Source of the DNA: Zobellia roscoffensis
GTDB lineage: Bacteria > Bacteroidota > Bacteroidia > Flavobacteriales > Flavobacteriaceae
Assembly (NCBI RefSeq): GCF_015330165.1
Contig: NZ_JADDXT010000002.1
Span: 1,812,663 to 1,876,662 of the forward strand
DNA length: 64,000 nucleotides
Reading direction: 5' to 3'
Below, one piece after another: positions 10,675-21,108 of this stretch. The translations under genes were made by a program, and so were the position numbers. Numbering within the stretch: the stretch's first letter is position 1; each line of letters starts with the position of its first letter. The notes under the pieces were generated by a model, which saw only the letters and a program-made list of their open reading frames with translations, had not been told where the DNA came from and did no database searches.

Positions 10675-12522
10675 ATGTGTGGAATAGTAGGTTATATAGG
10701 TCATAGAGATGCGTATCCGATTATTGTCAAAGGTTTGCAACGTCTTGAATATAGAGGGTACGATAGTGCCGGTGTTGCCGTTTATGATGGCGAAAAAATA
10801 AACTTGGCAAAGACCAAAGGTAAGGTCGAGGATTTAAAGAAAAAGGCTGAAAGTTCCATTTCATTAGAAGGGAATCTTGGCATAGGTCATACACGTTGGG
10901 CTACCCACGGTGTGCCAAACGATACAAACTCCCACCCTCATTACTCCAATTCAGGTGATTTGGTAATTATTCATAATGGAATTATTGAAAATTATGAGTC
11001 TATCAAGAAAGAGTTGGTTAAAAGAGGCTATACTTTTGAATCTGATACAGATACTGAAGTTTTAATAAACCTTATTGAAGAAGTTCAAAAAACCGAGGAT
11101 GTAAAGTTGGGTAAAGCAGTTCAGATAGCATTAAATGAAGTTGTAGGTGCATATGCTATTGCTGTTTTTGATATTAAGAAACCAGACGAGATTGTTGTTG
11201 CAAAACTTGGTAGTCCATTAGCCATTGGTGTTGGTGAGGACGAGTTTTTCATAGCTTCGGATGCTTCTCCTTTTATAGAGTTTACTAATAATGCGGTTTA
11301 TCTTCAAGATGAGGAAATGGCCATTGTTCGATTAGGAAAGGAAATCAAACTTCGTAAAATAAAGAATGATGCAGTAGCGTACCCTAATATCCTTGAACTC
11401 AAAATGAATATAGAGGAGATAGAAAAAGGGGGTTATGATCACTTTATGCTTAAGGAAATATATGAGCAACCAAGAGCAATTTTGGATACCTATAGAGGTA
11501 GATTAAGAGCTGCGCAAGGGCTAATAAAAATGGCCGGTATTGATGAGAACATAGAAAAGTTCATGAATGCCAATCGTATAATTATTGTAGCCTGTGGTAC
11601 ATCTTGGCATGCAGGCTTGGTTGCCGAATATATATTTGAGGACTTGGCAAGGATACCTGTAGAGGTGGAATATGCATCTGAATTTAGATATAGAAATCCG
11701 GTTATAACAGATAAAGATGTTCTTATAGCCATTTCGCAATCGGGTGAAACGGCAGATACGTTGGCTGCTATAAAATTGGCGAAGGAGAAAGGAGCATATG
11801 TGTTTGGCGTGTGTAATGTGGTTGGGTCTTCCATTGCGCGTGAAACGGATTCTGGTGCTTATACCCATGCAGGTCCGGAAATAGGAGTGGCATCAACTAA
11901 GGCTTTTACTACTCAAATTACCGTACTTACTTTGGTAGCTTTAAAGTTAGCAAAAGAAAAAGGTGTTTTCTCCCAGTCTAGATTTCATGAATTTTTGACT
12001 GAACTAGAAACTATTCCAGCAAAAGTAGAAAAGGTTTTAGAAAGTAATGCGCTTATCGAAATCATCGCGGATGTATATAAAGATTCTACAAATTGTTTGT
12101 ATTTAGGTAGGGGATATAACTTCCCTGTTGCTTTAGAGGGTGCTTTAAAACTCAAAGAGATTAGTTATATTCATGCTGAGGGATATCCTGCAGCTGAAAT
12201 GAAGCACGGACCAATTGCATTAATAGATGATCAAATGCCTGTTTTTGTTATAGCAACAAAGAAAGGCCACTATGAAAAAGTGGTAAGTAATATCCAAGAG
12301 ATTAAATCTAGAAAAGGAAAGATTATAGCTATTGTAACTGAAGGAGATACGCAGGTTACAGAGTTAGCAGATCACGTGGTGGAAGTTCCTGAAACATTGG
12401 AAAGTCTTACGCCGTTGTTAACAACCATTCCGTTGCAATTGTTGTCATACCATATAGCGGTTATGAGAGGTTGTAACGTGGATCAGCCTAGAAACTTGGC
12501 AAAATCAGTAACCGTGGAATAG
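10675..12522 (+). CDS. glmS: Glutamine--fructose-6-phosphate aminotransferase (isomerising).
   Basis: N-terminal MCGIVGY (Cys1 Ntn amidotransferase). Two SIS domains. C-terminal ...AKSVTVE. Confidence 0.97.
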   Translation: MCGIVGYIGHRDAYPIIVKGLQRLEYRGYDSAGVAVYDGEKINLAKTKGKVEDLKKKAESSISLEGNLGIGHTRWATHGVPNDTNSHPHYSNSGDLVIIHNGIIENYESIKKELVKRGYTFESDTDTEVLINLIEEVQKTEDVKLGKAVQIALNEVVGAYAIAVFDIKKPDEIVVAKLGSPLAIGVGEDEFFIASDASPFIEFTNNAVYLQDEEMAIVRLGKEIKLRKIKNDAVAYPNILELKMNIEEIEKGGYDHFMLKEIYEQPRAILDTYRGRLRAAQGLIKMAGIDENIEKFMNANRIIIVACGTSWHAGLVAEYIFEDLARIPVEVEYASEFRYRNPVITDKDVLIAISQSGETADTLAAIKLAKEKGAYVFGVCNVVGSSIARETDSGAYTHAGPEIGVASTKAFTTQITVLTLVALKLAKEKGVFSQSRFHEFLTELETIPAKVEKVLESNALIEIIADVYKDSTNCLYLGRGYNFPVALEGALKLKEISYIHAEGYPAAEMKHGPIALIDDQMPVFVIATKKGHYEKVVSNIQEIKSRKGKIIAIVTEGDTQVTELADHVVEVPETLESLTPLLTTIPLQLLSYHIAVMRGCNVDQPRNLAKSVTVE

Positions 12523-12718
12523 ACAGTTGCTGCTAATAAGGATTGCTTCTACAGGCCCTGACGTAAGTCGGGGCTTGTTGGTTTTAGTGAATATGTAATT
12601 TGAAGTGTATTTTTTTACGAAAAAAGTACTATGCACGCATAATTTTTTCCATTTTATGATTCTCGGTCGAAAAAAAAATGTAACTTCGAGTTACTAACAT
12701 TTTTAACTTAAACTTAAC

Positions 12719-15505
12719 ATGAGAGCAATACTATTTTTGGCCTTGCTGTTGGCGTCTAGCTTTGGATTTTCGCAAACAACGGTAAACGGGAAAGTGGTAG
12801 ATCAGAACAGTCAGCCTGTACCAGGGGCCAATATCGTTATCGAAGGAAAAGCGATTGGCACCACAACGGATTTTGACGGTAATTTCAATTTACAAACGTC
12901 TGAAGTACCCCCTTTTCAGTTAAGAATTACCAGCATCGGATATTCCGATACTACAGAGGAAGTCACCTCTAACAACCAAACCCTGACCATTGTAATAGAT
13001 GAGTCCCAAACATTTTTGGATGAAGTAGTTATATCGGCTTCTAGAACACCCGAGCGTATTTTTGAATCGCCTGTAACAGTAGAGAGAATAGGTGTTTCTG
13101 AAATAAAGAATACTACGGCCGCCGATTTTTATGGCGGACTAGAAAATTTGAAAGGGGTTGATGTAAATACCAACAGTTTAACGTTCAAATCAATAAACAC
13201 AAGAGGTTTTGCGTCTTTTGCAAATACCCGCTTTATGCAACTTGTTGATGGTATGGACAACTCAACTCCAGCATTAAATTTCCCTATTGGAAACTTGGTA
13301 GGTTTAGTTGAGCCAGATGTATTAAGTGTTGAACTATTGCCAGGAGCATCATCTGCACTTTACGGGGCGAATGCCTTTAATGGTATTTTGTTTATGCGAA
13401 GTAAAAATCCGTTTGATTATGAAGGTATAAGTGTGTCGGTCAAACGGGGAATAACTTCTCAAAAAGCTGCTGGTGATAATTCGTATACAGATTTTGGTAT
13501 CAGGGCTGCATATAAATTCAGTGATAAATTTGCGGGTAAAGTTAATTTCGGATACCTAAAGGGAACTGACTGGGCAGCAAACAACCAAGATGATAGAAAT
13601 ACACCTGGTGGAACAAGAGCTAATTTAAACTACGATGGAATTAATGTTTATGGAGATGAAGTTTCTACAAATATTAAGGAGGTTGCTCTTACTTTGGAAG
13701 GTTTAGGCGTTTTGCCTGCCGGTGCCAATGCTCTCGTTCCTTCAGAGATAGTGAGTAGAACAGGTTATGATGAAGGCGATCTTACCCAGTATAATGCGGA
13801 AAGTATAAAAGCGGATTGGGGTCTGTATTATAGACCAATTGAAGGTAAGAGCTTGGAGATTTCTTACGTGGGTAAAGTAGGTACAGGTACTACAATTTAT
13901 CAAGGAACCAATAGATATAATATTGATGGGTTTTTCCAAGAACAACACAAATTGGAAATTAAGAATGACAACTTTTTTGTAAGAGGTTATGTAGTAGCTG
14001 ATAAAGCAGGTGATTCTTATGATATGGTTTTTACTGGAATCAACATCAACAGGTCTTGGAAAGATGATAATACTTGGTTCGGCGAATATACAGGTGCTTA
14101 TGTTCAGGCTACTTTGGCAGGAGCCACAGATGTTCAGGCACATGCTGCAGCTAGGGCGCAAGCGGAGTCAGGAAGGTATTTGCCAGGAACATCAGAATTT
14201 GAAGCGGCCTTTAATAAAGTAATTAAAGATCCTGATTTGAGCAAAGGGTCTCAGTTTTACGATCAATCTAAATATTATCATGCGGATGGGAATTATAATT
14301 TTTCTCATTTAATAGATTGGGCCGAAATTCAAGTAGGAGGTTCTTTCAGAGAGTATAGTTTAAATTCTTTAGGTACGATTTATACGGATACAGATGGGCC
14401 AATTGACTATTCTGAATTTGGGATTTATTCACAGGTTCAAAAGACGTTACCTTTTGAAGGGGATAAGAGTTTAAAATTAACAGGATCTATTCGTTATGAC
14501 AAATCCGAATTTTTTGACGGCTTCTTTTCTCCTAGAATATCTGCGGGTTATACTTTGAATCGGGACCATAACATTAGGGCTTCGGCACAGACAGGTTTCA
14601 GAAACCCTACTACTCAGGATCTTTTTATCGGTTTGGATGCTGGTAGAGCAATTTTGGTGGGTTCTGCACCAGATAATTTAGAACAGTATTCAAGAGATTA
14701 TGATGTAAGTGCTACAGGTCAAGCTGTATTCGAACAGCCAGCTACTGTAACTCAAACAGGTGCTGTAGCGTATAATAATTCATACTCTGCAGCTTCTGTA
14801 GCTACATTGGGTGTTACTGGAAACTCTGAGGACCTTGAAATAGCCAATCCGGATTTAGTTAAGCCAGAAAAAGTAACTTCTTTTGAAATAGGCTATAGAG
14901 GTAAGGTTGATAAGCTTGTTATTGATTTTAGCACCTACTACAATAGCTATAAAGATTTCATTTCCCAAGAAGTAGTGGTAGCGCCATATTATGGAGAAGT
15001 TGGAGATGGTTCACTTTCTGTAGCGGCAATAGCGAACGGAGATTTTCAGGCTTATAGCACATATACCAATACGGATGCTAACGTTAATTCCTACGGAGCT
15101 TCCTTAGGGCTTAATATGAAGGTGTTTGGAAACTTTAACTTAGGAGGTAGTTATACATTTACAAAATTAGATTTTGATCGTGATGCGAATCCAGATGTTA
15201 TGTTAAATTTCAACACTCCGGAACACAAGTTCAAAGCATCTTTTGGAAATGAGCAGTTATTTGAAAATTTTGGATTTAACGTATCATACAGATTCAGTGA
15301 TGATTATTACTGGGAAGCTACTTTTGGAAATGGCGTTATTCCAGAATTTCATGTAGTTGATGCGCAAATCAATTATGAAGTTCCAAGTATTAAATCTTCC
15401 TTTAAACTGGGAGGAACAAACCTTACGGGTAAAGAATACTACACTGCATTCGGTACCGGAAATATTGGGTCTATGTACTACTTATCTTGGACAATTAATA
15501 ATTAA
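12719..15505 (+). CDS. TonB-dependent outer-membrane receptor with an N-terminal carboxypeptidase-regulatory-like domain.
   Basis: Signal peptide, then the CarbopepD-like VNGKVVDQNSQPVPGANIVIEG, a plug (DEVVISASRTPE) and a long beta-barrel. Not SusC-type (no SusD partner follows). Confidence 0.85.
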   Translation: MRAILFLALLLASSFGFSQTTVNGKVVDQNSQPVPGANIVIEGKAIGTTTDFDGNFNLQTSEVPPFQLRITSIGYSDTTEEVTSNNQTLTIVIDESQTFLDEVVISASRTPERIFESPVTVERIGVSEIKNTTAADFYGGLENLKGVDVNTNSLTFKSINTRGFASFANTRFMQLVDGMDNSTPALNFPIGNLVGLVEPDVLSVELLPGASSALYGANAFNGILFMRSKNPFDYEGISVSVKRGITSQKAAGDNSYTDFGIRAAYKFSDKFAGKVNFGYLKGTDWAANNQDDRNTPGGTRANLNYDGINVYGDEVSTNIKEVALTLEGLGVLPAGANALVPSEIVSRTGYDEGDLTQYNAESIKADWGLYYRPIEGKSLEISYVGKVGTGTTIYQGTNRYNIDGFFQEQHKLEIKNDNFFVRGYVVADKAGDSYDMVFTGININRSWKDDNTWFGEYTGAYVQATLAGATDVQAHAAARAQAESGRYLPGTSEFEAAFNKVIKDPDLSKGSQFYDQSKYYHADGNYNFSHLIDWAEIQVGGSFREYSLNSLGTIYTDTDGPIDYSEFGIYSQVQKTLPFEGDKSLKLTGSIRYDKSEFFDGFFSPRISAGYTLNRDHNIRASAQTGFRNPTTQDLFIGLDAGRAILVGSAPDNLEQYSRDYDVSATGQAVFEQPATVTQTGAVAYNNSYSAASVATLGVTGNSEDLEIANPDLVKPEKVTSFEIGYRGKVDKLVIDFSTYYNSYKDFISQEVVVAPYYGEVGDGSLSVAAIANGDFQAYSTYTNTDANVNSYGASLGLNMKVFGNFNLGGSYTFTKLDFDRDANPDVMLNFNTPEHKFKASFGNEQLFENFGFNVSYRFSDDYYWEATFGNGVIPEFHVVDAQINYEVPSIKSSFKLGGTNLTGKEYYTAFGTGNIGSMYYLSWTINN

Positions 15506-15525
15506 ATTTTTAATCTAAAGTAGAA

Positions 15526-17151
15526 ATGAAAAACTTAAAATATATATACATCTCTTTAGGTATATTGGCTTTAACGGCTTGTAATGACCCTGAAGATGTT
15601 GATCTTGAGCCAGAAGTAGTGGCGGAGGCACTTGTTGAATTAAATGCTGGTTCAGCAGATTTTTCAACTTATGTTTCTTTGGGAAATTCGTTAACGGCAG
15701 GTTTCACGGATAATGCTCTTTTTATTGCAGGGCAAGAAAATTCAATGCCAAATTTATTATCTACAAAATTTGCTTTGGTAGGAGGCGGTGCTTTTTCACA
15801 GCCTTTAATGAACGATAATATTGGAGGCTTGTTGGCTGGAGGGACGCAAATAGAAGGGTTTAATCCAAGGTTAGTTTTTGGAGGTGCAGGACCAGTTGAT
15901 TTGGAAGAAGTTGTTGGGCCTGTTGCTTCAACAACGGATATTGTTTTGAACAATCCAACAGGTCCGTTTAATAATATGGGCGTTCCTGGAGCTAAGAGTT
16001 TTCACTTAATTTTCCCCGGTTATGGTGATATATCCAAACTAGTGGAAGAACGTGCTAATCCGTATTATGTTAGGATGACAGGAGCCACTCCTAATGCATC
16101 GGTGTTAGAGTTGGCAATGGCACAGTCACCAACATTTTTTAGTCTGTGGATTGGAAATAACGATGTTTTGGGCTATGCACTATCAGGTGGAGATGGTACA
16201 AATCTCATAACGGATCAACCCACTTTCGATTTTGCTATAAATACACTGGTGACCACTCTAACTTCAAGTGGTGCAAAAGGTGTAATGGCTAACATACCTT
16301 ATGTAACATCTATACCACACTTTACAACCGTTCCCCATGACCCAATAGATCCAGCAGAAAATGATTTTGCAGCTCAGGTTCCAACTTTAAATACAGTTTA
16401 TGGGGCTTTGAACCAGGTTTACAATGCAATGGGCGAAACAGCACGTGTAGTAGTGTTTTCTGATTCTTTAAATAATGCAGTAGTAATTAAAGATGAGTCA
16501 TTAACGGATATCTCAGCTCAGATTACTGGCGCTTTTAATGCTAACCCTGCTTTCCCTGTCTTTGTAACACAATTAGGTTTATCTGAGGAGGCTGCTCCTT
16601 TGGTGGCTAGTCTTTTGGGTGCCACTTACGGGCAGACAAGGCCGGCAACGGAAAACGATTTATTGGTATTGCCTAGCAGTAATGTTATTGGTACCGTAAA
16701 TGAAGCTTCTTTCGCAGCATTATCTGCAGCAAATTTACCACCTGAAGTTGCCGGACAATTTTCTGTTGAGGGTATTACTTTGCCGTTAGCGGACAAATGG
16801 GTGTTAACGCCAGAGGAACAAGATGAAATTAAAATAGCTACAGATGCTTTTAACGCTACGATTTCTTCTGCTGCATCCGGAGCGAGTTTGGCTTTTGTAG
16901 ACGCCAACCAACTATTACAAGATTTGGCTCAAGGAGGTGTTACTGATGGGGATTTTACCTTAACGGCCAATTTGGTAACTGGTGGAGGTTTTTCTTTAGA
17001 TGGTGTGCATTTGACCGCAAGAGGATACGCTCTAATCGCTAATGAATTTATGAAGGCTATCGATGCTGCTTATCAATCTAATTTTGAGGCATCGGGCTCA
17101 TTGTTCAACATCGGAAATTATCCAACGAACTACTCGCCTGCATTACAATAG
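15526..17151 (+). CDS. SGNH/GDSL-hydrolase-like lipoprotein.
   Basis: Lipoprotein box LALTAC. Block I VSLGNSLTAG and block V DGVHLTARGYALIANEF fit the SGNH fold. Co-oriented with the TonB receptor upstream. Confidence 0.5.
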   Translation: MKNLKYIYISLGILALTACNDPEDVDLEPEVVAEALVELNAGSADFSTYVSLGNSLTAGFTDNALFIAGQENSMPNLLSTKFALVGGGAFSQPLMNDNIGGLLAGGTQIEGFNPRLVFGGAGPVDLEEVVGPVASTTDIVLNNPTGPFNNMGVPGAKSFHLIFPGYGDISKLVEERANPYYVRMTGATPNASVLELAMAQSPTFFSLWIGNNDVLGYALSGGDGTNLITDQPTFDFAINTLVTTLTSSGAKGVMANIPYVTSIPHFTTVPHDPIDPAENDFAAQVPTLNTVYGALNQVYNAMGETARVVVFSDSLNNAVVIKDESLTDISAQITGAFNANPAFPVFVTQLGLSEEAAPLVASLLGATYGQTRPATENDLLVLPSSNVIGTVNEASFAALSAANLPPEVAGQFSVEGITLPLADKWVLTPEEQDEIKIATDAFNATISSAASGASLAFVDANQLLQDLAQGGVTDGDFTLTANLVTGGGFSLDGVHLTARGYALIANEFMKAIDAAYQSNFEASGSLFNIGNYPTNYSPALQ

Positions 17152-17176
17152 GCATTGTTTTTCTTACATTTTATAA

Positions 17177-17202
17177 GGCGCCAGTTAGTGGCGTCTTTTT
17201 TT
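17177..17202 (+). terminator. Rho-independent terminator after the SGNH lipoprotein gene.
   Basis: Hairpin GGCGCCA-GTTAG-TGGCGTC (7 bp stem, one G·U) followed by T7. Confidence 0.6.
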
Positions 17203-17321
17203 GTGCTGAAAAAAGAATAAAAAGTAGTTTACAATTCGAGTTGAAAAACATACCTTTGCAGCCTGAAAAACATAGGTGTATTAAGGTGTTTTTCAATACA
17301 GTAAGTAATTTGAATTCATAA

Positions 17322-18842
<1,521 letters not shown>

Positions 18843-18920
18843 TTAGTACGAAGTAAATTGTAATTAGTACTGAATATACGGTACTAGCTATTAACTACTA
18901 ACTACTCAATACTAAAAAGG

Positions 18921-19199
18921 ATGTATTTAGAAATTGTATCACCAGAAGCCACTTTATTTTCAGGCGAAGTAACATCGGTAACTGTACCAGGTGTGAATGG
19001 CGAGTTTCAGATTTTGAACGGTCACGCCGCTATAGTTTCATTGCTTCAAGAAGGTAATGTTCGTGTTGATGGCAATATAAAAATAGATGAAGCGTACGCT
19101 TCTAAGTTCTCAAAAGATGCTAGCGGAAAGGTAATTCTTCCCATTGCTAGCGGAACTGTTGAAATGAGTGATAATCGGGTAATTGTATTGGCCGATTAA
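18921..19199 (+). CDS. atpC: F0F1 ATP synthase subunit epsilon (short Bacteroidota form).
   Basis: LEIVSPEATLFSGEVTSVTVPGVNGEFQILNGHAAIVSLL is the epsilon-subunit beta-sandwich. Lies directly after atpD. Confidence 0.85.
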   Translation: MYLEIVSPEATLFSGEVTSVTVPGVNGEFQILNGHAAIVSLLQEGNVRVDGNIKIDEAYASKFSKDASGKVILPIASGTVEMSDNRVIVLAD

Positions 19200-19225
19200 A
19201 TAGTACATTTTTATTATAATTATAA

Positions 19226-19256
19226 AGGCTACACCTAAAAGTGTAGCCTTTTTTTA
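19226..19256. terminator. Bidirectional rho-independent terminator between convergent atpC and the XRE gene.
   Basis: AGGCTACAC-CTAAAA-GTGTAGCCT perfect 9 bp stem followed by T7. An A-run lies upstream, so it can terminate on either strand. Confidence 0.65.
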
Positions 19257-19460
19257 TTCTATTTCATAAGAAAGAATATCTGCCGGTTGACAATCTAACG
19301 CCTTACAAATTGCTTCAAGAGTTGAAAACCGTATAGCTTTAGCTTTGCCTGACTTTAGAATAGATAGATTGGCTTCTGTTATACCTATCATTTCTGCGAG
19401 TTCTTTACTTTTTAGATTACGGTCTGCTAATACAGTATTTAAGTTGACGACGATGCTCAT
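19254..19460 (-). CDS. Small XRE-family (YozG-like) helix-turn-helix transcriptional regulator.
   Basis: 68 aa. LKSKELAEMIGITEANLSILKSGKAKAIRFSTLEAICKALDCQPADIL is the Cro/C1 HTH of the YozG subgroup. Confidence 0.8.
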   Translation of the reverse strand: MSIVVNLNTVLADRNLKSKELAEMIGITEANLSILKSGKAKAIRFSTLEAICKALDCQPADILSYEIE

Positions 19461-19462
19461 AG

Positions 19463-20476
19463 TTATATGGTTAGGTCGTTTTCAGATTGTACAGTATAAC
19501 CTTTTTGAAATACGTATGTTAGAAACAAGGAAATCATCCCAAAGATGACCAATAATATAAGATTGTGAACATTTCTAAATTCCGTCTTATGCATTATTGG
19601 ATAATGGATAAGAAAGTATAGAATAGGACCAACAATTAAATTTAGGACGGTTAAAAGTTTCAAATTTTTGACAATACCTTTATTAAATATGACTGTTTTT
19701 TTAAGGGCTTTGAAAATATTAGAAAGTAAATAGAGAAGTAGAATCCCAAAAATTAAGGTTAGGGTAATGGTTAGTATGTCACTAAACTGATAATCGCCTT
19801 GTATAGAACTTCCTGTTAGGGGAATTTGCATATCAAATCTACTATCCTTAACGGTAAATCTATTGGTAATAAAAGCAAATTCCATATAGGTGAGAAAAGC
19901 TAAGAGTGTAATTGAAATACTTCTAAATATATAATAGAAGAATGCTGAAAGTGATTTTGGACCGAATATTTTCATTTTATTCTTTTTTATATAGTTAGGT
20001 CGTTTTCTTGTTTTTAGATGATAGCCTTCTTTAATTAATTGGGCAACAATCAAGAGAAAAAACGCTATTACTAAAAGTGGTACTCTATCACTTAAGGCTG
20101 CACCAAAATCTCTTCCTAGATTAAAAGCGATAGATTCTCCTTTAATTGAAGGTTTGTTCAACATGTTTTCAATTACTCTAATTATATACATACCGACAGA
20201 ATAAAACAATAATCCTCTACCTACTGTAAAGAAAATATATTCGTTTTTTTCAGAAAAAATAGAGTTGGTGTTTAAAGTATTTATTGCCTGTCTAAATTTT
20301 ATTAGTAACCATAGTACATAGCTTAATAATAATAAATTTGATGCAGCAAGAATTAGGCTAGTGTTAGTTGATTTTGAATAATGAAATAACAACTCAATTT
20401 TTTCTGGCATTGAAATAATTACTGTAAATATTAATAAGTTAACAAAGAACTTAAATGCTTTAGTGTAGTTTTTCAT
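19463..20476 (-). CDS. Polytopic membrane protein, DUF2975-like. The usual partner of YozG-type regulators.
   Basis: ORF 19463..20614. The start is trimmed to the ATG at 20476 (MKNYTKAF...) to remove the 58 nt overlap with the GNAT gene. About 8 TM segments. Extremely AT-rich codon usage. Its stop lies 2 nt from the XRE start, which suggests an operon. Confidence 0.5.
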   Translation of the reverse strand: MKNYTKAFKFFVNLLIFTVIISMPEKIELLFHYSKSTNTSLILAASNLLLLSYVLWLLIKFRQAINTLNTNSIFSEKNEYIFFTVGRGLLFYSVGMYIIRVIENMLNKPSIKGESIAFNLGRDFGAALSDRVPLLVIAFFLLIVAQLIKEGYHLKTRKRPNYIKKNKMKIFGPKSLSAFFYYIFRSISITLLAFLTYMEFAFITNRFTVKDSRFDMQIPLTGSSIQGDYQFSDILTITLTLIFGILLLYLLSNIFKALKKTVIFNKGIVKNLKLLTVLNLIVGPILYFLIHYPIMHKTEFRNVHNLILLVIFGMISLFLTYVFQKGYTVQSENDLTI

Positions 20477-20556
20477 AATTATTATATTATCGTTTAACGA
20501 TAACAAATATATTAAAATTATCGAAAAACAATAATTGTATATTAAAATATATTGGA

Positions 20557-21108
20557 TTATGATGTCTTCAAAGAAATCAATTCCCAATCTTGACTTAAGG
20601 AATGATAAGTGCATACATTCTCAAAACCAACGGCATAATGGGCGCCTAATGATCTGCTGTTAGTGGCATCTACTTCCGTGATGATGGCGTCGTATTTTGG
20701 GTAGGAGGCTTTTTTCATGGCGTTATAAAGTCCGCGAAAAACACCCTGTTTTCTATGGGTTTTGGCAACGCATATTTGCCCCATAGTAATAAAATTTTGA
20801 ATGTTTACATTTTCTAGTTCTGTAAACATTGGTCTTAGAACTGAAATTTCATCTTTAAAACCATCGGTCATAGACAGGGCGTAGCCTACAACTTTGTCAT
20901 CATCTTTTGCAATGATATGAGGGCATGCATCATTCATTCTAGTAAGTACGTCTAAATCATGAACTACGGTAACAAAACCTTCTTTTTCCCTTTCTTTGGG
21001 TGAAACGGAAGTAGGTAGATTTGCACGCTGAAGTGATAGTATTTGTTTCAATTCATCCTCGGATGTTGCAGTGGCGTAGCGTATCACTTTTTTTTCGTTT
21101 TTAGCCAT
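20557..21108 (-). CDS. GNAT-family N-acetyltransferase.
   Basis: Acetyl-CoA binding motif A (VAKTHRKQGVFRGL) in a GNAT fold. 183 aa. Confidence 0.8.
   Translation of the reverse strand: MAKNEKKVIRYATATSEDELKQILSLQRANLPTSVSPKEREKEGFVTVVHDLDVLTRMNDACPHIIAKDDDKVVGYALSMTDGFKDEISVLRPMFTELENVNIQNFITMGQICVAKTHRKQGVFRGLYNAMKKASYPKYDAIITEVDATNSRSLGAHYAVGFENVCTYHSLSQDWELISLKTS

Noticed and set aside
11490-11868. Two roughly 115 aa minus-strand ORFs inside glmS.
   Set aside because: Antisense to an unambiguous, highly conserved glmS. They are frame artefacts.
12523-12600. Possible terminator hairpin after glmS (GGCCCTGACGTAAGTCGGGGC, then T-rich).
   Set aside because: The stem is only 4-5 bp with mismatches. 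It is too weak to call, though the T-rich tract may still help termination.
17221-17258. Putative atpD promoter using TACCTTTG (17251-17258) as a -7 box.
   Set aside because: It matches TAnnTTTG, but the only TTG upstream is 7 nt away, not the expected 17-23 nt. It is left uncalled. The same applies to TACATTTG at 10623-10630 upstream of glmS.
20557-20614. Apparent 58 nt overlap between the GNAT gene and the upstream membrane-protein ORF.
   Set aside because: Resolved by choosing the internal ATG at 20476 for the membrane protein. The region 20477-20556 then becomes a promoter region containing the 17 bp palindrome. No genuine gene overlap is needed.
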